Shown here: one piece after another, positions 41,545 through 56,195 of the stretch | Layout of the letters: each line of letters starts with the position of its first letter | How positions within the stretch are numbered: the first letter of the stretch is position 1 | Assembly (NCBI RefSeq): GCF_009914755.1 | Contig: NC_060938.1 | DNA: 64,000 nt | Source: the human T2T-CHM13v2.0 reference genome, Homo sapiens | Strand: one strand, 5' to 3' | The notes under the pieces: generated by a model | Told to the model about the DNA's origin: nothing | The model's database searches: none | Seen by the model: the letters and a program-made list of their open reading frames with translations, nothing else | Made by a program: the position numbers and the translations under genes

Positions 41545-42850
41545 AAAGATGAAAGCGAGAGTATGGCTGAACAATTCTTTATTAAATAAGGAAGATGTAA
41601 AGTGGTTCCTCAAATGGAAAAAGAAAAGTTCCTTTAAGAATCTGAAGGGTGTGCTTCACAGATCTCATTAAACAATAGGGCTTCACTGATTATTAAGTGT
41701 TGGCCCATAGCAGCTTTCCAAGAATCTTAAGCTAGAGAAGGGCTTGTTTGTGGGTGTAGATTTTGTCTAGTGAAGTGCAGCCAATATGAAGCTTTATAGG
41801 AAGCCCATAGGTTTTTAAAAGAATTATATTGGGGTAAACACTGTCACTTCGAATTAAAAGTTACAGAGAATACAAAATAAAAAAAAAGGCCCTTGGATCT
41901 CCAAATTGCTGTAGGCAGGAAAGAGGCTGAGAAAATTATTCAGCTGCAAACACTGACCATTTATCATGGAAAAGGAAGGATGACTCAGAGGATGGAATAA
42001 AGAGGCCAGAGGACAGAACCAAGAGCTTTGAAGAATCATTTCCAGAGAATAGGGCCCCGTCCTAATTAAGAAACTGCCAACACATCTGGCTGGATTTTAG
42101 AATTTCTATAAACCAGTGATTCCTATGTGCCTTCTGTTTTCTTTTTTTAAAATTGTATCTACAGCAGTTATCTTATGTTTCTCCCTTTGTTGTATGGTGT
42201 GTGTGTTTGTGCACACGTGCCTGCAAGCAGGTATCTTGTTTCTTTCATTCACAAGTCTTGACATTGAAAGGCAATCTGCTCAAAGAGTAGAGGAACCACA
42301 GCTAAAAGCCTCATCTATATCTGGACCTTATGAATCATTGGAGACTATGGGGAAGAATGTGATAGTCAGCCTGCAAGTTTTCTTTCAATGATAACTGCCA
42401 CTTGGTCTTCATGCCCTTATGCAGCCTCCTCTCACATTTAATTAGGACTGGTCCTGTGTGACCAATAGAATATGGTGGAAGTGATTGTATGTCTTCTGAG
42501 GCTAGGTTATGAAAGGCACTGAAGCCTTAGGCTTGGTCTCTTTCTCACTCTGTGTGAAGCTAACTGCCCTGTTGACAGGCCTATGTGGAGAGGAACTGAG
42601 GTTCTGGGTGATAGCTAGCAGCAACCTGCCAGTCTTGTGAGCAAAGTAGACTTGGGAAGTAGATCATTCAGCTCAAGCCTTCAGTTGATTGTGGCTCAAC
42701 CCAATAGCTGACTGAACCTGATGAGATACCCTGAGCTGGGATTCCTCAGCTGAGCTGCTCTTAAATTCCTGAAAGATAATAAATAATTATTGTTATTTTA
42801 GGACATTAAATTTCAGCATGATCTTTTAATGTAGTAATAGGTGATTTATA
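41545..42850 (+). mobile_element. MLT1 internal fragment plus MLT1F-like LTR (42358-42850)
   Basis: gtgaccaatagaatatggtggaagtga...tctgaggctaggttatgaaaggc...ggagaggaactgagg; upstream MLT-int-like catggaaaaggaaggatgactcagagg. Confidence 0.75.
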
Positions 42851-44799
42851 TATAGGTCAGACAGGAAGGGTCTTTCTGTAATGTATTATAGAACATGAAG
42901 CAGGAATTTTGAGGACAATGGTTGTGATTCACACACAGTAGCATAGAACTTGAAGGGAATACCTTGTATTTTTCTCCACAAAGAATCAAGGCTCTTTTCT
43001 AGTCCTATGAATATCCAGGAGTATTAATCTTTCCAAGCCTTTTGAACTTTTAAAAACTGGGACTTAATTTATTAATCTTAAAAATAAAAGATATCGACTA
43101 TGATTTCAAAGGATCCCTTAAAATTTGAAAATACCAGATTTTGTAAATCTACTTCAACACATCAAAAAAAAAAAATCTTGTTAGAAAACTTCTAGCATTT
43201 TTCCCCCCTTGGCAGATTTGGTATAATTTCTACCAATTTAAATGAACTACCATTTCTTATGTCATTTCTTCATCTATCATTAGTTGAAACCTTCTACCCA
43301 ACTTCATTATATGTAAGTGTAGAGTTTTTTTCTTCCAGTTAAGAGTTAAAAATATACCATGTCACTGAATTTATTTTTAACTTGAAAAAGACAGCTTGAC
43401 ATTTCAGTTTCACATTAGCAATAGCCTTGCATTTTGCTTTTTATTGTTTGAAAATATATTTCAAACCAACAAAATGTGGTAGAAAATATGTGTCAACTAA
43501 ATGTAGATACAGATAAAAGTATCAGTCATGAAATTGTATAAGGATTTTTTGTTGAAAAGATGTGTAATTAATTCTGGCATCATTATGGTATTAATATTTA
43601 TAATCAACTGGCAGATTTATTTCAATTTATTCATAGTGTTTATTATGTGTGCTATGTTTTTACTCAATAATTGGTAAATTCTAAAGGTAATTTGGGTATT
43701 TAAAAATTTTTTCCTTAATATAGCAAAGAAAGGTAATGAAGAGGAACTACTGTCTTTTCATATTAAGATCTCTTTAATTCAGCAATAAATATTCACCAAA
43801 GTGCATGCTATCTTGAGATAAGGTCACTTTGACCATCTATTCCATTAAAAATATGTTTATTTTACTTACAGGTGTCATCCATTAGGACAGGCAATTGACG
43901 TTTTGGCTAGTGGCCTTTGTCAAGGAAATAAAACTTACTTTTAATGGAATGGAAGTTTCTAAATGACCCAATCTCAAGAAGCATGCACTTTTGTGAATAT
44001 TTATTTATTATAAACTAGTCAGCTGAAAATGCAATTTGCACTGCTGAAGGCGATCTGGTTATTTATGAATAGTAATATCACCCCTGTTCATCTAATTAGA
44101 AAAAGAATCTTTGAAAATCATGCAGGCATTCAACAATATCTTTAATTTTTGCTCTCATTTATCTTTTACTTTCTTTCTTGATGCTTTTTTAAACACTTGT
44201 ATCTTCTCCCTTTTTAATGTATTCAATTTTGTTGCCTCTCATATTGTCCCTCTCTACTTTTTCTCTCTTCATTAAATTAAAATCATTCTTTTTTTCTTCT
44301 AGAAAAAACTCAAGAGGCTACAGCATAAGCACAGTTTTCTTTTGCCTTTGCTTTTCCTCTTCCCTTTTCTCCTGCCTCCCAACTTCTTCCCATTTTCAAT
44401 GTCAGACAAGCATCTTACCCAGTTACTCCAGGGAAGGCAAAATGACCACACCTTTTCAAGAGTAGCCCGCCTCACAGACAAAGACATATGGGGCAATATC
44501 TTAGCAAAAAAATAAATAAATAAATAAATAAAGGGAGAAACCAATTATTATTCTGCAACCCTCAGCTCATTAACATTTTAATCTTAATATTTCACATGCC
44601 ATTTGACTTTGATGACAATGTGTCAACACAACAACCAGAATTAGATTTTTCCCTGCTGCTTAAAATCAAACTAAGTAGCTCACCTACAAAGTTCTTCCTT
44701 AATAGCAATTGAGTAGAAATCTTATGATTTGTGTATACTGGCTAATGAATTTGTGGCCAATGGCTACTTCTAGTCCTGTAAAATCCCCCAAATTGACTT

Positions 44800-45180
44800 T
44801 ATGCAGTCTACTTAAGGTACAAAGGCTATGGTAACAAAAAAAAAAAATCCGTTGATTTCAGTGGCATAATTATAACCTATTTTTTATTAGCATAATGGAT
44901 ACTGATTTCTTTTGCACCATGGGTTGGCTGAAGGTTTTTATCCACTACAGTTACTCAGGGACCCAAGCCAATGGAGGTTCCTTGGCATGTGCTTATGTAA
45001 CTCTGTGGCATGTGGTACATAGTGCACTGGCTCTTGTATCTTTCACCCAGGGCGACACATTATTACTTCTGTTCATATTTCATTGGCCAGAGAGTCATAC
45101 ACCCTCACCTAACTTCAAATGGATTAAAAAAGTGCAGTCCTATCGTGAGTCTGAAAAGAGCTGAGAACAGAAACATTTAT
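44800..45180 (-). mobile_element. MLT1K/L-like LTR
   Basis: gatttcagtggcataa...actcagggacccaagcc...cttctgttcatatttcattggccaga. Confidence 0.65.
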
Positions 45181-45827
45181 GCATGGCCCCATTCACTACA
45201 TGGGACTCTAACATACTCATAGAGTCACTAGAATTGTGGATTATGGGTTTAAATGTAACCATACCATCAGAAGACCAGTTCTTTTACTTAGCTTCGCTTT
45301 GGGTTATGGATGCTGAATTATATGTCATTACGTTGTAGTGGCTGGAAGAGAGCAGCTAGGGATGGTTCAAAGTGAGACACTGTCGGTCTATGAAGTCACC
45401 ATAAGCTGGGACTCATTTTTGCTTTTAAGCTGAACCTTTGTGTTTGGATCAAATTATTCTAACTCACCTTGTTTAATTCTTAGGATATTTCTTTTGTTTT
45501 TGGCAATCTCATGAAAAACATAACAAATTCATACGGTTCAAGGGAAAGAAATAGGTAAAATAGAAACCCAATCTCTAAGCTATAAAACCATCAGATAAAA
45601 TGGAACTTCACATTTCTTGGTAAAATTGCTTTCAGTACTTTATAAACTATTATAGAAAATTGATTTTTTCTTTTATTCATTTGGATAGCACTGACAGCCA
45701 GTGAGCATATTATTTTTGTAAATTTATATATTGTAGCAATCAAATCATGAGACAAAAAATTTTATCTCAGGTTTTTAAACACAAACATTTATATCATTTG
45801 TGAAATGTCATTATTTTTAAAATCTAC

Positions 45828-46128
45828 TTTTTTTTTTTTTTTTTGAGACAGAGTCTTGCTCTATTGCCCAGGCTAGAGCGCAGTGGTGCAGTCTTGGCTC
45901 AATGCAACCTCCGCCTCCTGAGTTCAAGAAATTCTCCAACCTCAGCCTCCCAAGTAGCTGGGATTACAAGCATGTGCCACCACACCCAGATAATCTTTGT
46001 ATTTTCTGTGGAGGTGGGGGGTTTCACCATGTTGCCCAGGCTGATCTTGAACTCCTGGCCTCAAGTGATCCGCTCACCTAGGCCTCCCAAAGTGCTGGCA
46101 TTGTAGGTGTGTGCCACTGTGTCCGGCC
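45828..46128 (-). mobile_element. AluJb/Sz-like SINE
   Basis: Full antisense Alu; TSD TTAAAATCT at 45817-45825 and 46129-46137. Confidence 0.93.
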
Positions 46129-46244
46129 TTAAAATCTTTCTGATATGTATACTTATTGTTTTTGTTTCATCTCATTATATTGGACAGAACTTCCAAAATC
46201 ATTGACATAAATATGAACTATTAAACATATTTACTTGGTCTTGA

Positions 46245-49200
46245 TTTTTTAAATTTATTTTTATTTTTTGTTGGTACATAGTAGGTGTTTATGAGGTACA
46301 TGAGATATTTTGGTACAGTCATGCAGTCCATAATAATCACATCATGGAGAATTGAGAATCCATCCCCATTTTATCCCTGTGTTATAAACAATCCAATTAC
46401 AATTTTAGTAATTTAAAAAATAAATTATTATGGACTATAGCTGCCCCATTGTGCTATCAAATACTAGGTCTTATACCTTCTTTCTAACTATTTTTTTTGT
46501 ATCCATTAACAATCCTCACATCCTCTTGCCACACCCCACTACCCTTCCAAGCCTCTGTAACCATCCTTCTATTCTCTATTTCAGTGAGTTCAACTGTTTT
46601 CATTTTTACATCCCACAAATAAATGGGAACGTGGGATATTTGTCTTTCTGTGCCTGGCTTATTTTACTTAACATAATGGCCTCCAGTTCCACTCCTATTG
46701 TTGCAAATGACAGGCTGTTATCCTTTTTTATGGCTGAATAGTACTCCATTATGTATAAGTACCACATTTTCTTCATCCATTCATCTGTTGATGGACACAG
46801 GTTGCTTTTAAATCTTGGCTATTGTGAACAGTGCTGCAACAAACATAGCAGTGCAGCTATCTCTTCAATATACTCATTTTCTTTCTTTGAGGTATATACC
46901 CAGCTGTAGAATTGCTGGATCCACATCCTCTCCAGCAATTGTTATTTTCTGACTTTTAGTTAAAAGCCATTTTTAACTGGTGTGAGATGGTATCTCATTG
47001 TAGTTTTGATTTGCGTTCCTCTGATAATCAGTGATGTTAAGCATCTTTTCATATGCCTGCTTGCCATTTGTATGTCTTCTTCAGAGAAATGTCTATTCAA
47101 ATCCTTTGCCCATTTTAATTGAATTATTAGATATTTTTCTATAGAGTTGTTTGAGCTCCTTATATATTCTGGTTGTTGATCCTTTGTCAGATGGGTAGTT
47201 TGCAAATATTTTCTCACTTTCTGTGGATTGTGTGTTCACTTTGTTGACTGTTTCTTTTGCAGGGCAGAAGCTTTTTAACTTGATGTGATCCCACTTGTCC
47301 ATTTTTGCGTTGGTTGCTTGTGCTTGTGGGGTATTGCTCAAGAAATATTTTCCCAGACCAATGTCCTGTAAAGTTTCCTCAATGTTTTCATGTAGTAGTT
47401 TCATAGTTTGATGTCTTAAAGTCTTTAATCAATTTTGATTTTATTTTTGGATAAGGTGAGAGATAGAGGTCTGGTTTCATTCTTCTGCATATGGATATCC
47501 AGTTTTACCTGAACCATTCATTAAACAGACTGCCATTTGCCCAAAGTATGTTCTTCACATGTTTGTTGAAAATGAATTCACTTTAGATGTATAGATTTAT
47601 TTCTGGGTCGTCTGTTCTGTTCCTTTGGTCTACATGTCTGTTTTTATGCCAGTACCATGCCATTTTGGTCAGGTAATGTGATTCCCCCAGTTTTGTTCTG
47701 TTTGCTCAGGATGGGTTTGGTTATTCTGGGTCTTTTGTAATTCCATATGAATTTTAGAATTGTTTTTTTCTATTTCTGTGAGGAACATCATTAGTATTTT
47801 GATAGAGATTGCATTTTGAATCTGTAAGTTGTTTTGAATAGTATGGATATTTTAATATTAATTCTTCCAATCCATGAACATAGAATCTCTCTCCATTTTT
47901 TGGTGTTCTCCTTAATTTCTTTCATCAGTGTTTTATAGTTTTCATTGTAGATATCTTTCATTTCTTTGGTTAATTCCCAGGTATTAAGTTTTATTGAAGG
48001 CTATTGTAAATGGGATTACTGTTTAAATTTCTTGTTCAGATTGTTCACTTTGACATACAGAAATGCTACTGATTTTTGTATGTTGATTTTTTATCCTGTA
48101 ACTTTACTAAATTTGTTTATCAGTTCTAGCAGTTTTTTTTTGGTGGAATCTTTAGATTTTAGCAAATATAAGATTGTATCATTTATAAACAAGGATAATT
48201 TGGCTTCTTCTTTTCCAATTTGGATACCCCTTATTTATTTCTCCTGTCTGATTGCTCTAGCTAGGACTGCCAGTACTATGTTGAATAATAGTGGTAACAG
48301 TGAGCATCCTTCTGTTCCAGATCTTAGAGGAAAGGATTTCAGTTTTTTGTCATTCACTATGATACTAGACGTGAGTCTGTCATATATAGCTTTAATTGTG
48401 TTGAGGTATATTCCTTCTATAACCAGTTTTTTGAAGGCTTTTATCATGAAGGGATGTTCAATTTTATCAAATTCTTTCTTCAGCATCAATTGAAATGATC
48501 ATATGGTTTTTGTCCTTCATTCTGTTGATATGATATATCACATTGATGATCTGCACATGTTGAAACATACTTGCATTCCTGGGATAAATCCCACCTAGTT
48601 AGGATGAATGATCTTTTCAATGTATTGTTGAATTTGGTTTGCTAGTAGCTAGTTGAGATATTGGCATGTTGTTTTCTTTTTTGATGTATCTTTGTCTGGT
48701 TTTGGTATCATAGTAAGACTGGCCTCATAGAATGAATTTAGAACTTTTCTCTCCTCCACTATGTTTCAGAATAGTTTGAGTAGAATTAGTATTAGTTCTT
48801 CCTTAAATATTTGGTAGAATTTAGCAGTGAAGCCATTGGGTCCTGGGCTTTTCTTTACTGGGAGACATTTTCTGATGGCGTCAGTCTTGCTACTTGTTAT
48901 TGGTCTGTTCAGGTTTTGGATTTCTTCATGGTTTAATTTTGGCAGGTTGTATATGTCTAGGAACTTATGCATTTCTTCTAGATTTTCCAATTTATTGGCA
49001 TAGAGTTGCTTATAGGTAGCCACTAATTGAGATCTCAATTTCAAATTTATTTATTTCAGCTCTGGTCTCTATTATTTTTCTTCTGTTAATTTTGGGTTCA
49101 GTCTGCTCATGCTTTTCTAGTTCTGTAAGACGCTTCTTTAGGTTATTTGTTAGAAGTTTTTCCTTTTTTGACCTAGGTACTTAAAGCTATAATTTTCCCT

Positions 49201-52200
49201 CTTAGTGCTGCTTTTGATATATTCCATAGATTTTGGTATGTTATGTTTACATTATAATTTGTTTCAAGAAATGTTTTAATTTTCTTATTAATTTCTTCAT
49301 TGACCCACTTGTTATTTAGGAGCATATTGTCTAATTTTCATGAATTTATATAGTTTCCAAAATTCCTGTTCTTATTGATTTCTAGTTTTATTCCATGGCG
49401 ATCAGAGAAGATGCTTGATAGTATTTCAATTTTTTGAATGTTTAAGATTTGTTTTGTGACCTGACATATGGTCTATCTTTGAAAATGACATGTGCTGAGG
49501 AAAATAATGTATATTATTCACCTGTTGAATGAAATGTTCTGTAAATATCTATTAGGTGTATTTGTTTCATAGTGTAGATTAAGTTTGATGTTTCTTTGTT
49601 GATTTTCTGTTTGGGAGATCTATCCATTGCTTAAAATGGGATGTTCAAGTCTCCAGCTATTATTGTATTGGCGTCTATCTCTCTCTTTAGCTCTAAGAAT
49701 ATTTGCTTTATAAATCTAGGTGTTCCAGTGTTCAATGTATAAATATTTACAACCAGTATATCTTCTTGGTGAATTGACTCCTTTATCATTATATAAAAAC
49801 CTTCTTTGTCTCTTCTTAGTTTTTGTCTTGCAATCTATTTTGTCTGATATAAGTACTGTTACTCCTACTCTTTTCTTGTTTCCATTGGCATGAAATCTTT
49901 TTCTACCCCTTTATTTTCAGTCTGTGTGTATCTTTATAGGTGAAGTCTGTTTCTTGTAAGCAACAGATCATTTGGTCTTTTTTTTAAATCTATTCAACCA
50001 CTCTATGTCTTTTGATTAGAGAGTTTAGTCCATTTATAACCAATGCTATTATGATAAATAGAGATCCTTCCTCCTTTTCATTATTTGCTTTCTTCTTGTT
50101 TTGCTGTCTTCTCTATTTTCCTTTCTTCCTGTCTTCTTTTTAGTGAAGGTGATTTTCTTTGGTGGTATTTGTTAATTTCCCTTGCTTTTCATTTGTGTGC
50201 GTGTGTGTATCTGTTGTATGCTTTTCAATTTGAGGTTACCATGAGGCTGGCAAGTACTATCTTATAACTCATTATTTTAAACTGATAACAATTTAACACT
50301 TATTGAGTAAACAAACACACAAAAAGGAAACTAATAAAAACTCTACACCTTAACTTTGTCCCTCTGCTTTTTAATTTTTTTGTTGTTTCTCTGTCTGAGT
50401 GTACTCTCTATGTATAGAAAAGTTGCTGTAGTTATTATTCTCAATTGGTTCATTATTTAGTCTTTCTACTCAAGTCAAGAATACACACCACAATTACAGT
50501 GTTATATTATTTTGTGTTTTTCTGTGTGCTTACCACCATTACTAGTGAGTTTTTTAACTTCAGATGATTTCTTCTTGATTATTAATCTCCTTTTCTTTCA
50601 GATTGAAAAACCTCCTTTAGCATTTTTTTTTTTTTTGTAGGACAGCTCTGGTATTGATAAAATCCTCAGCTTTTGTTGTCTGGGAAGGTCTTTATTTCTT
50701 CTTCATGCTTAAAGGATATTTTCACCTGATATACTATTTTAGGGTAAAAATGTTTTTCCTTCAGCACTTTAAATATGTCATGCCACTCTCTCCTGGCCTG
50801 TAGGGTTTCTGCTGAAAAGTCTGCTGCCAGATATATTGGAGCTCCATTGTATTGTAATTGTTTCTTTTCTCTTGCTGCTTTTAGGATCCTTCTTTATCCT
50901 TAACTTTTGGGAGTTTGATTATTAAATGCCTTGAGGTAATCTTCTTTGGGTTAAATCTGCTTGGTTCTATAACCTTCTCATACTTGAATGTTAATATCTT
51001 TCTCTAGGTTTGGGAAATTCTCTGATATTATCCTGTTGAATAAACTTTCTACCCCTATCTCTTTCTCTACCTCCTCTTTAAAGGGCCAATAACTCTTAGA
51101 TTTGTCATTTTGGGGGTATTTTCTAGATATTGTAGGTGTACTTTATTGTTTTTTATTCTTTTTTCTTTTCCTCCTTTGACTGGGTATTTCCAAATAGCCT
51201 ATCTTCAAGCTCACTAATTCTTTCTTCTGCTTAATCTATTTTGCTATGTGAGACTCTGATGCATTTTTCAGCATGGCTAATTGCATTTTTCAACTCTAGA
51301 ATTTCTGCTTGATTCTTTTTCATTGTTTCAGTCTCTTTGTTAAATTTATGTGCTAGAATTCTGAATTCCTTATCTGTATTACCTTGAATATTTTTGAGTT
51401 TCCTCAAATAATTTTCCTCAAAGTATTTTGAAGTCTCTGTTTCTCCAGGGTTTGTGCCTGGTGCCTTATTTGGTTCATTTGGTAAGGTCTTGTTTTCCTG
51501 GATGGTGTTGATGCTTGTAGATGTTCATTGGTATATGGGCATTGAAGAGTTAAGTCTTTATTTTAGCCTCCACCTTCTGGGCTTGTTTGTGCCTGTCCTT
51601 CTTTGGAAAGCTTTCCAGGTATTTGAAGAGACTTGGACCACAAGCCCAATAAGGCTGTGGTTTTTGAAGTCTCATAGAGGTACTGCCTTAGTGGTCTTGG
51701 ATAAGATCTGGTAGAATTATCTGGACTACCAGGCAGAGATGCTTGTATTTTCCCATTTTTGCAAACAAACCTAGTCTCTCTTTCTTTGTGCTGAGCCACC
51801 TGGAACTTGGGAGTGTGGTGATGCAAGCACCCTTGTGGTCACCACTAGTGGGACTGCACTGAGTCACACCTGAAGCCAGAACGGCACTGGGCCTTGCCCA
51901 AGGCCCTTCCCTAACTGGTGGTGAGCTCTCCAAAGCTCAAGGTATGTCCACAATCTCTGTCCAGGAGCCAGAGATTGGAGTCAAAAGCCTTGGCCATTTA
52001 CCTGATGTTCTATTCTATTACATCTAAGGTAATACTCAAACCACAATACAAAGTCTTTCCCACTCTTCCCCTTTCCACAGGCAGAGAAGCCTCTACCTAT
52101 GGCTACCACCATCACCACCAGACCATGAGGGTTCTGCCAGGCCATACCAATGGTCTCTTAGAGCCCAAGGAATCTTGCCTCAGGTTGTGGGTTAATGCCG

Positions 52201-53400
52201 CCAGGCCTGGTACTTACCCTTCAGGGCAGTGGGCTCCCCTCTGTCCCAGGGCAGGTCCAGAAATGCTATCCAATAACCTAGTCCTAGGCTTGAGGATCCC
52301 AAGAGCCTACTTGTTGCTCTGCCCCACTGTGGTTGAGCTGGTACCTAGGGTGCAAGAAAAAGTCCCCTTTAGTTTTCCCTCTGCTTTTCTCAAACAGGAA
52401 TCTTTCACCATTGCCACCACAGCTGGGAATGTGCTGGGTCACACCTGAAGCCAGCATGTTTCAGAGCCTAAGGCCCAGAGCGTACTCCCTGGGTATTTCT
52501 TCTGGTTATTCAGGGCCCAAGAGCTCTTTAGTCACCAGTTGATGAATTCTTCCAGGACCGGGGTCTTTCTCTTCAAGATAGCAAGTTCCCTTTTGGCCAA
52601 AGTTATGTCTAGAACTGTTGCCAGGAGCTAGGACCTTGAATGGGGACCTGACAACTCTTCCTGGTGCCCTATTTTACTGTGGCTAAACTGTTACCCAAAA
52701 TGTAAGACAAAATCCTTTTACTCTTCACTCTCCTCTCCTTAAGCTGAAGGAAGGAGTCACTTTCATTTCTGTGAGCTTCACTGCCTAGGCATGGGGAGGG
52801 ATGGCATCAGCGCTTCATTAGCTACCCTGGCAGGTGTCTCCCTAGGTTACATGCCTCCCTAGACACTGGCTCTAAGCCCAGCCTTGCATTAGGAGTTGCC
52901 TGGAAATTTCGGTCCTTGTGTCCTAGATTGCCTTTCGTGTTTACTTAGAACCCCAGAGCACTTCAGCTTGTAGTCATGAAGCTTGCAAGAAACTCAAGTT
53001 CTAACTGCTGGGGTGGGTGACTCTCCTCTGGCTAGGGCTGGTCCAAATACTTTCTCCACAGTTGGCACTGGCTGCACCCAGCGTGGCTTTATTCTTTACT
53101 CTGACAGGGCAGCACTGAAATGCAATGTAAAAAGTTCCCCAGTAACTGTGCTCTCCCAAAGTGCACAGATTCTCTGTCCATGCCACACAGCTGCTTCAAG
53201 GGGATAGGGAAAGAATGGCACTAGTGATTTGAGACCGTCTCTCTTCCCCTCTTCAATGACTCTTTTGTTATAAAAAGTTAAAACCAGGTACTATTATTAT
53301 TGCTTACCTGATTTTTGGTTCTTGTGACAGTTGCTAAAATTTGGTGTTTCTAGCGGAGTGGCAAACAATGTAGGCCTCTAGTCCACCATCTTGTTCCCCC
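46245..53400 (-). mobile_element. Near full-length L1MA (L1MA1-3-like) LINE-1, ORFs disrupted
   Basis: 3' end ggtacatagtaggtg...ataataatcacatcatggagaa; ORF2 fragments in minus ORFs 46960-49044 ([35 protein letters not shown]); GC-richer 5' UTR ending ccaccatcttgttccccc at 53400. Confidence 0.93.
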
Positions 53401-54515
53401 TACTTTTGATTTTAATGGAAATAATGGAAATGTTGCTAGCATTTTCTCAAGAGGAGTATTGTAGTCTTTTTTCCTATTTTCCTTCATTTTTGAATGCTTT
53501 AAAGTATCAGTAATGTATACTTCATTCTATTAAATGTTTAATAAGGCATTTGGTTTGTCTTATTTTTGCCATGGAATTGATACAGACTTTTAATTTTTTA
53601 AGTCTTTATCACATCTTTTTGTTTTTGCCTTCCTTTTGTTTCTTATTAACTCTCATTTTATTTTTGTTTTTACTTTCAATTGGGATTGTGCTGTTGAATA
53701 TTTCAGAATTTCACTTACTCATATTTTATTCAGGATATTTATTTATACCTTATTTTCTGCAATCTTGGTAAGATCGTAATATTGGGGAGCCATACTTGAA
53801 AACTTGTGAGAAACAATATATTATGTAAGGCCAGTTTATTAATGCAGTTTCTATTATAAATAAAATATAGAGAGAGACAAACAAACTTGAAAGTAGTTCT
53901 CTACAGCCAGGTGGACACTAGTTTCTGCCAATATCCTTTCTATTTGGAAATAATATAATCCTTAAGAGAAAATGCATCTTTAACTTTAGAATTATTCCAA
54001 AATGATCCTTGGTGCTCAGAGTATGAAGATACCTTCCAAAAGTATGTAGACCTCCTAGTAGGAACTGTTTTCTCAGTTTAAGTTTGGAATTGGTCTATAA
54101 AGAAAGTAAGCCACAGTTTTAATTTTCTTCTAACAGATATGCTAATTAGCGTATTTAATTTAAAATCTCATCTTGGTAATATTCATGACCAGAAATTAGT
54201 CAATTACCAGGTATTCCGTAAGCTCTCTTTGCCAGCAGTATGCTAGGTGGTAGATAGGAAACCGAGAGGCCAGTGAAAGGAAGTTCTTCCTCATCCCAAA
54301 TCAAGAAATCATCTAATAGCAGATACTTCTGAGAAAGAACAGGGACTAATGTCAGTACTTTGACAAGAGCTCTAGAGTAATTAGGAAGAAAGACAGGTTT
54401 CAAAGACCACTGGGAATCCTTAGGAAGACCGATCATATAAAAACAGATTTTAAGCCGCCTCCCTATTTCAAATAAAGAACAAATAGTAGAGCTATAGGAT
54501 CTTTGAATTAACAGG

Positions 54516-54900
54516 GCAGTTGTTCTTCAGCTTTATTGCACATTAGAATTAGCTGAGGGACTTGTAAAATTCTGATTCCAAGACCTCATCACAAATCAAT
54601 TCATTTAGAATCTCTGTTGGTGGGACCCAGGCATCAGTAGTTTTAAAGCTTCCCAGCTGATTCCAAAGTGGAGGCAAGTTTGAAAAACACTGTGTTAGGA
54701 TTACTTATCAACTATACCACATCATATTGGGGGTGGAGAAAGGTTGCTTTTACAAATTACCCTTGCCTTGGCATCATCTAAGATTGTGTGAATCAGAATC
54801 CCTAGATCTATGTCTGAGTCCCTCAAAGAATCAGTTTGAATAGTTAAAAGAGCAGGTTTGCTATCTAGAGACCACATTGTAAATACACTTATAATTAACT
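54516..54900. mobile_element. MER5A/MER5B hAT-Charlie elements
   Basis: gcagttgttcttcagc...cacattagaatt...tgggacccaggcatcagtagttttaaagcttcccagctgattc...tttgaaaaacactg. Confidence 0.7.
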
Positions 54901-55094
54901 GAGATTCTCACAGGAGCCAACTTTTCTGGTAAGTGCTTGGAAATAATAATGAATTCCCTTTTAAGGTATTATTAATTCTTTTGTATAATATATTTCCATA
55001 TGGATGATCTCACGTGATGACTACAATTGTTTGCTGAGGTAGTCAACACAAGGATTAGTAGTATCATTTGCACAGGTGGTAAGAAATCAAGACC

Positions 55095-55137
55095 ATTAGT
55101 TGTATAAGATCATTCTTATTAGTTGTATAAGATCATT
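55095..55137. repeat. 20-bp direct duplication
   Basis: attagttgtataagatcatt at 55095-55114 and 55118-55137. Confidence 0.9.
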
Positions 55138-55342
55138 GAAGACATGCACTAAGGTTTTCTATCCTCTAGGTCACTACCACATTAATGCATGTATGATTGT
55201 GTAACTTCTGGTTTTCTATCATATGACAGGATCATAATCTACCATATATGCTAAGATTTGACAAGGTTCCTAGAACATGGACAAACTTGTGGCGCTTAGG
55301 TACAATCTCTCTTTTTGATCATACAGGGAGATTATGTGTCTT

Positions 55343-55484
55343 ATTTATTTATGTATTTATTTATTTTTAGATAGGTCTCTCTATGTTGTTGCCTAAACTG
55401 GTGTTGAATGGCTGAGCTCAAGCATTCCTTCTACATCAGCCTCTAGAGTAGCTGGGATTACAGGAATGCACCATGGCACTCAAT
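55343..55484 (-). mobile_element. FLAM (free left Alu monomer)
   Basis: Single ~130-bp Alu monomer with (TTTA)n tail; TSD TTATGTGTCTT at 55332-55342 and 55485-55495. Confidence 0.85.
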
Positions 55485-55589
55485 TTATGTGTCTTTATTT
55501 AATCCTGTATTTCTGTGCACTGGGAATCAGTTGATACACAGTAGTAGCTTCACAATCATTGGTCTTAGCGTGACATATAAGGGTCAAAA

Positions 55590-55830
55590 TAAACTTATTG
55601 ATAATGGCTACTTCTTCTGTGCAAGAGATTGTGGTAAAACTTTTCTGTTTTCCATGATTATTCATTCCTAAATATAATATTATGAGGAAGTATTATCACA
55701 CCATTTTACAGTGGAAGAAATTGATGCTCAGAGAGGTATTATGTCCTTCTTCAAGATCATTAGATATTGGTGGGAAAGGGATTCAAATCCAGGTCTGTTC
55801 AATGCCAAGCTTGTCTTCCAACCATCATGT
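55590..55830 (-). mobile_element. MIR SINE
   Basis: ccattttacagtggaagaaattgatgctcagagagg...gggattcaaatccaggtctg. Confidence 0.8.
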
Positions 55831-56038
55831 AAACAACTTCCATATATTGCTAGCACTTAGATAAGAAGCTCGACTCACTGGGAGAAATTACCTGCATGTC
55901 TTTGTCTAGTGGCTAAGGAGAAAGTAGCCACTATAATTGAATTGTTATGATTTCATAGTCAGGGCCTGTGTCTTCTTATATATCTGTTTGTCTTCATGTA
56001 TTCTTATGTAGAGTATGATACAGTCAGTACTCAGTAAG

Positions 56039-56195
56039 GCAGTGTTCCCAAACTTTGATGTATATCAGGATCACTTGGAGAGCTGATTCAGCACACAAAA
56101 GCCCAGGCTTGCTGAAATAGGGTGAGGCCAGGGTCTTTGTATTTTTACCAAGTTCTTCAGGTGACTCTGCTACCCACCAAAGTCTGAGAACAACT
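56039..56195. mobile_element. MER5A-like element
   Basis: gcagtgttcccaaacttt...atcacttggagagc...caggtgactctg...aagtctgagaacaact. Confidence 0.7.

Noticed and set aside
46960-52542. Multiple ORFs of 60-176 aa
   Set aside because: Broken L1 ORF2, antisense or 5' UTR frames
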